A DNA stretch of 64,000 bases from Octopus bimaculoides (taxonomy: Eukaryota): the NCBI RefSeq assembly GCF_001194135.2, contig NC_068982.1, positions 128,358,502 to 128,422,501 on the forward strand, given 5' to 3'. Shown here in pieces: positions 62,844-64,000 of the stretch; the first letter of the stretch is position 1, and each line of letters opens with the position of its first letter. The position numbers and the translations under genes were made by a program. Under the pieces are notes generated by a model. The model saw only the letters and a list, made by a program, of their open reading frames with translations, made no database searches and was not told where the DNA came from.

Positions 62844-63003
62844 CTCGTACTATGAGTACACATTGTGTTTCTGTGATAGTTCCATCACTTTCAGTTGCTA
62901 TACATGAATAAATTCCTGAGTCACTGCTTTGGACATTTTTTATGTGTAGGGTCAAATTTCCACTGTCATCAGTGATCATTCGTCTACGTTTGTCCTTTTC
63001 AAT
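62844..63003 (-). CDS. Internal coding exon of a host gene: C-terminal half of an immunoglobulin I-set domain
   Basis: Minus strand has acceptor gaatttctgtttctAG| and donor CGAG|GTGAGT. The 160 nt (phase 0 to phase 1) are open and read IEKDKRRRMITDDSGNLTLHIKNVQSSDSGIYSCIATESDGTITETQCVLIVR, matching the Ig motif LxIxxVxxxDSGxYxCxA...G...LxV. In-frame stops lie immediately outside both splice sites. The gene identity cannot be assigned from half a domain. Confidence 0.88.
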
Positions 63004-63093
63004 CTAGAAACAGAAATTCACATGCTTGTTGTATTTAGAAAATAAACCCAAGACTAAAGAGGAACTCAATATAGAATGTATGAGAGTGTATAA

Positions 63094-63094
<1 letters not shown>

Positions 63095-63162
<68 letters not shown>
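63095..63162. repeat. (CA)n microsatellite just upstream of the Ig exon acceptor
   Basis: Direct reading. Confidence 0.95.
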
Positions 63163-63164
<2 letters not shown>

Positions 63165-63367
63165 TATATATATATCGTTATACATTATAATTTATATATT
63201 TATATACACACACACAAACATATATATATTTATATAAGAGTTTGCATGATTGTATGTAGAAGAATATAGTATTCAATGAAATCCCAGCTTAGTCTAATTA
63301 TAACATTTTATTTGTAATTTTTGCAATTTTACAATTTTACAATTTTGAAATAGACTAGTACATTGCA

Positions 63368-63407
<40 letters not shown>

Positions 63408-64000
63408 CGTAATTGAAGGGTCTGAGCATTCTGCTTTCAAGGATAGGGTTTATTGTATGGTTTTGTTCTCTTGGTTGTATACACCAGCAATTTGTTTAAA
63501 AATCAGTTTTCTGCACACACTTGTGTTAGATGTGTGTGAAGCTTAATGTTCTTCTATTATATATAACCATACGTAACCACTACAGTCATCCTGTTTATAG
63601 AATTACGTATCAGAATCAAAATTTGTTTCAATGTATATTTTAGCTAATTATTCATTAAGTAATCAAGAAGACCTACATACACAAATAAATACATACATAC
63701 ATACATGCAAACATGTGCATGCACATGCATACATACAATATGTATATATATTTATTTTATTTATTTATTTACGGCCTCAAACATCTCATAATACCTTCGC
63801 GCTTTAGTTTGCCCTCTATTATTTATCTTGTTTCTCTCCATGAAATTCAATTGAATTCAGTTGTTGTCTTAAATTCATGCTTATTCATTTTCTAAGCTTC
63901 CTAAATTCATGCTACGTTATATTCTAATCACCCAGAATTCATTGCTCTTTTAAAAATTACGATTTATGCATTGTTGTCTCTCAAATATTTAAAATCTACA

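Overview
AT-rich, repeat-saturated eukaryotic genomic DNA with eight N-gaps. The SINE, (GAT)n-tailed retroposon and microsatellite repertoire is consistent with an octopus-like cephalopod genome; this is an inference from repeat content, not a database result. Almost all ORFs in the supplied track are artefacts of microsatellites, N-runs or transposon relics. The only convincing host-gene element is one minus-strand 160-nt exon (62844-63003) encoding the C-terminal half of an Ig I-set domain, which the ORF track misses. The rest appears intronic or intergenic. It contains tRNA-derived SINEs, (GAT)n-tailed retroposons, R4/Dong-type and CR1-like LINE relics, a Ty3/Gypsy relic, three mariner relics, a near full-length frameshifted Tigger/pogo element and several MITEs (piggyBac-, hAT-, Tc2-like and unclassified). 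Two features not visible in the ORF track stand out. The first is a near-canonical type I hammerhead ribozyme (33526-33568, minus) enclosed in a perfect 16-bp inverted repeat, with a second degenerate hammerhead at 53765-53808. The second is a fossil autonomous Helitron (Zn finger, Rep HUH, Pif1 helicase) spread over about 36.8-42.3 kb and split by at least eight younger insertions. Translations were done by eye and the boundaries of decayed elements are approximate.
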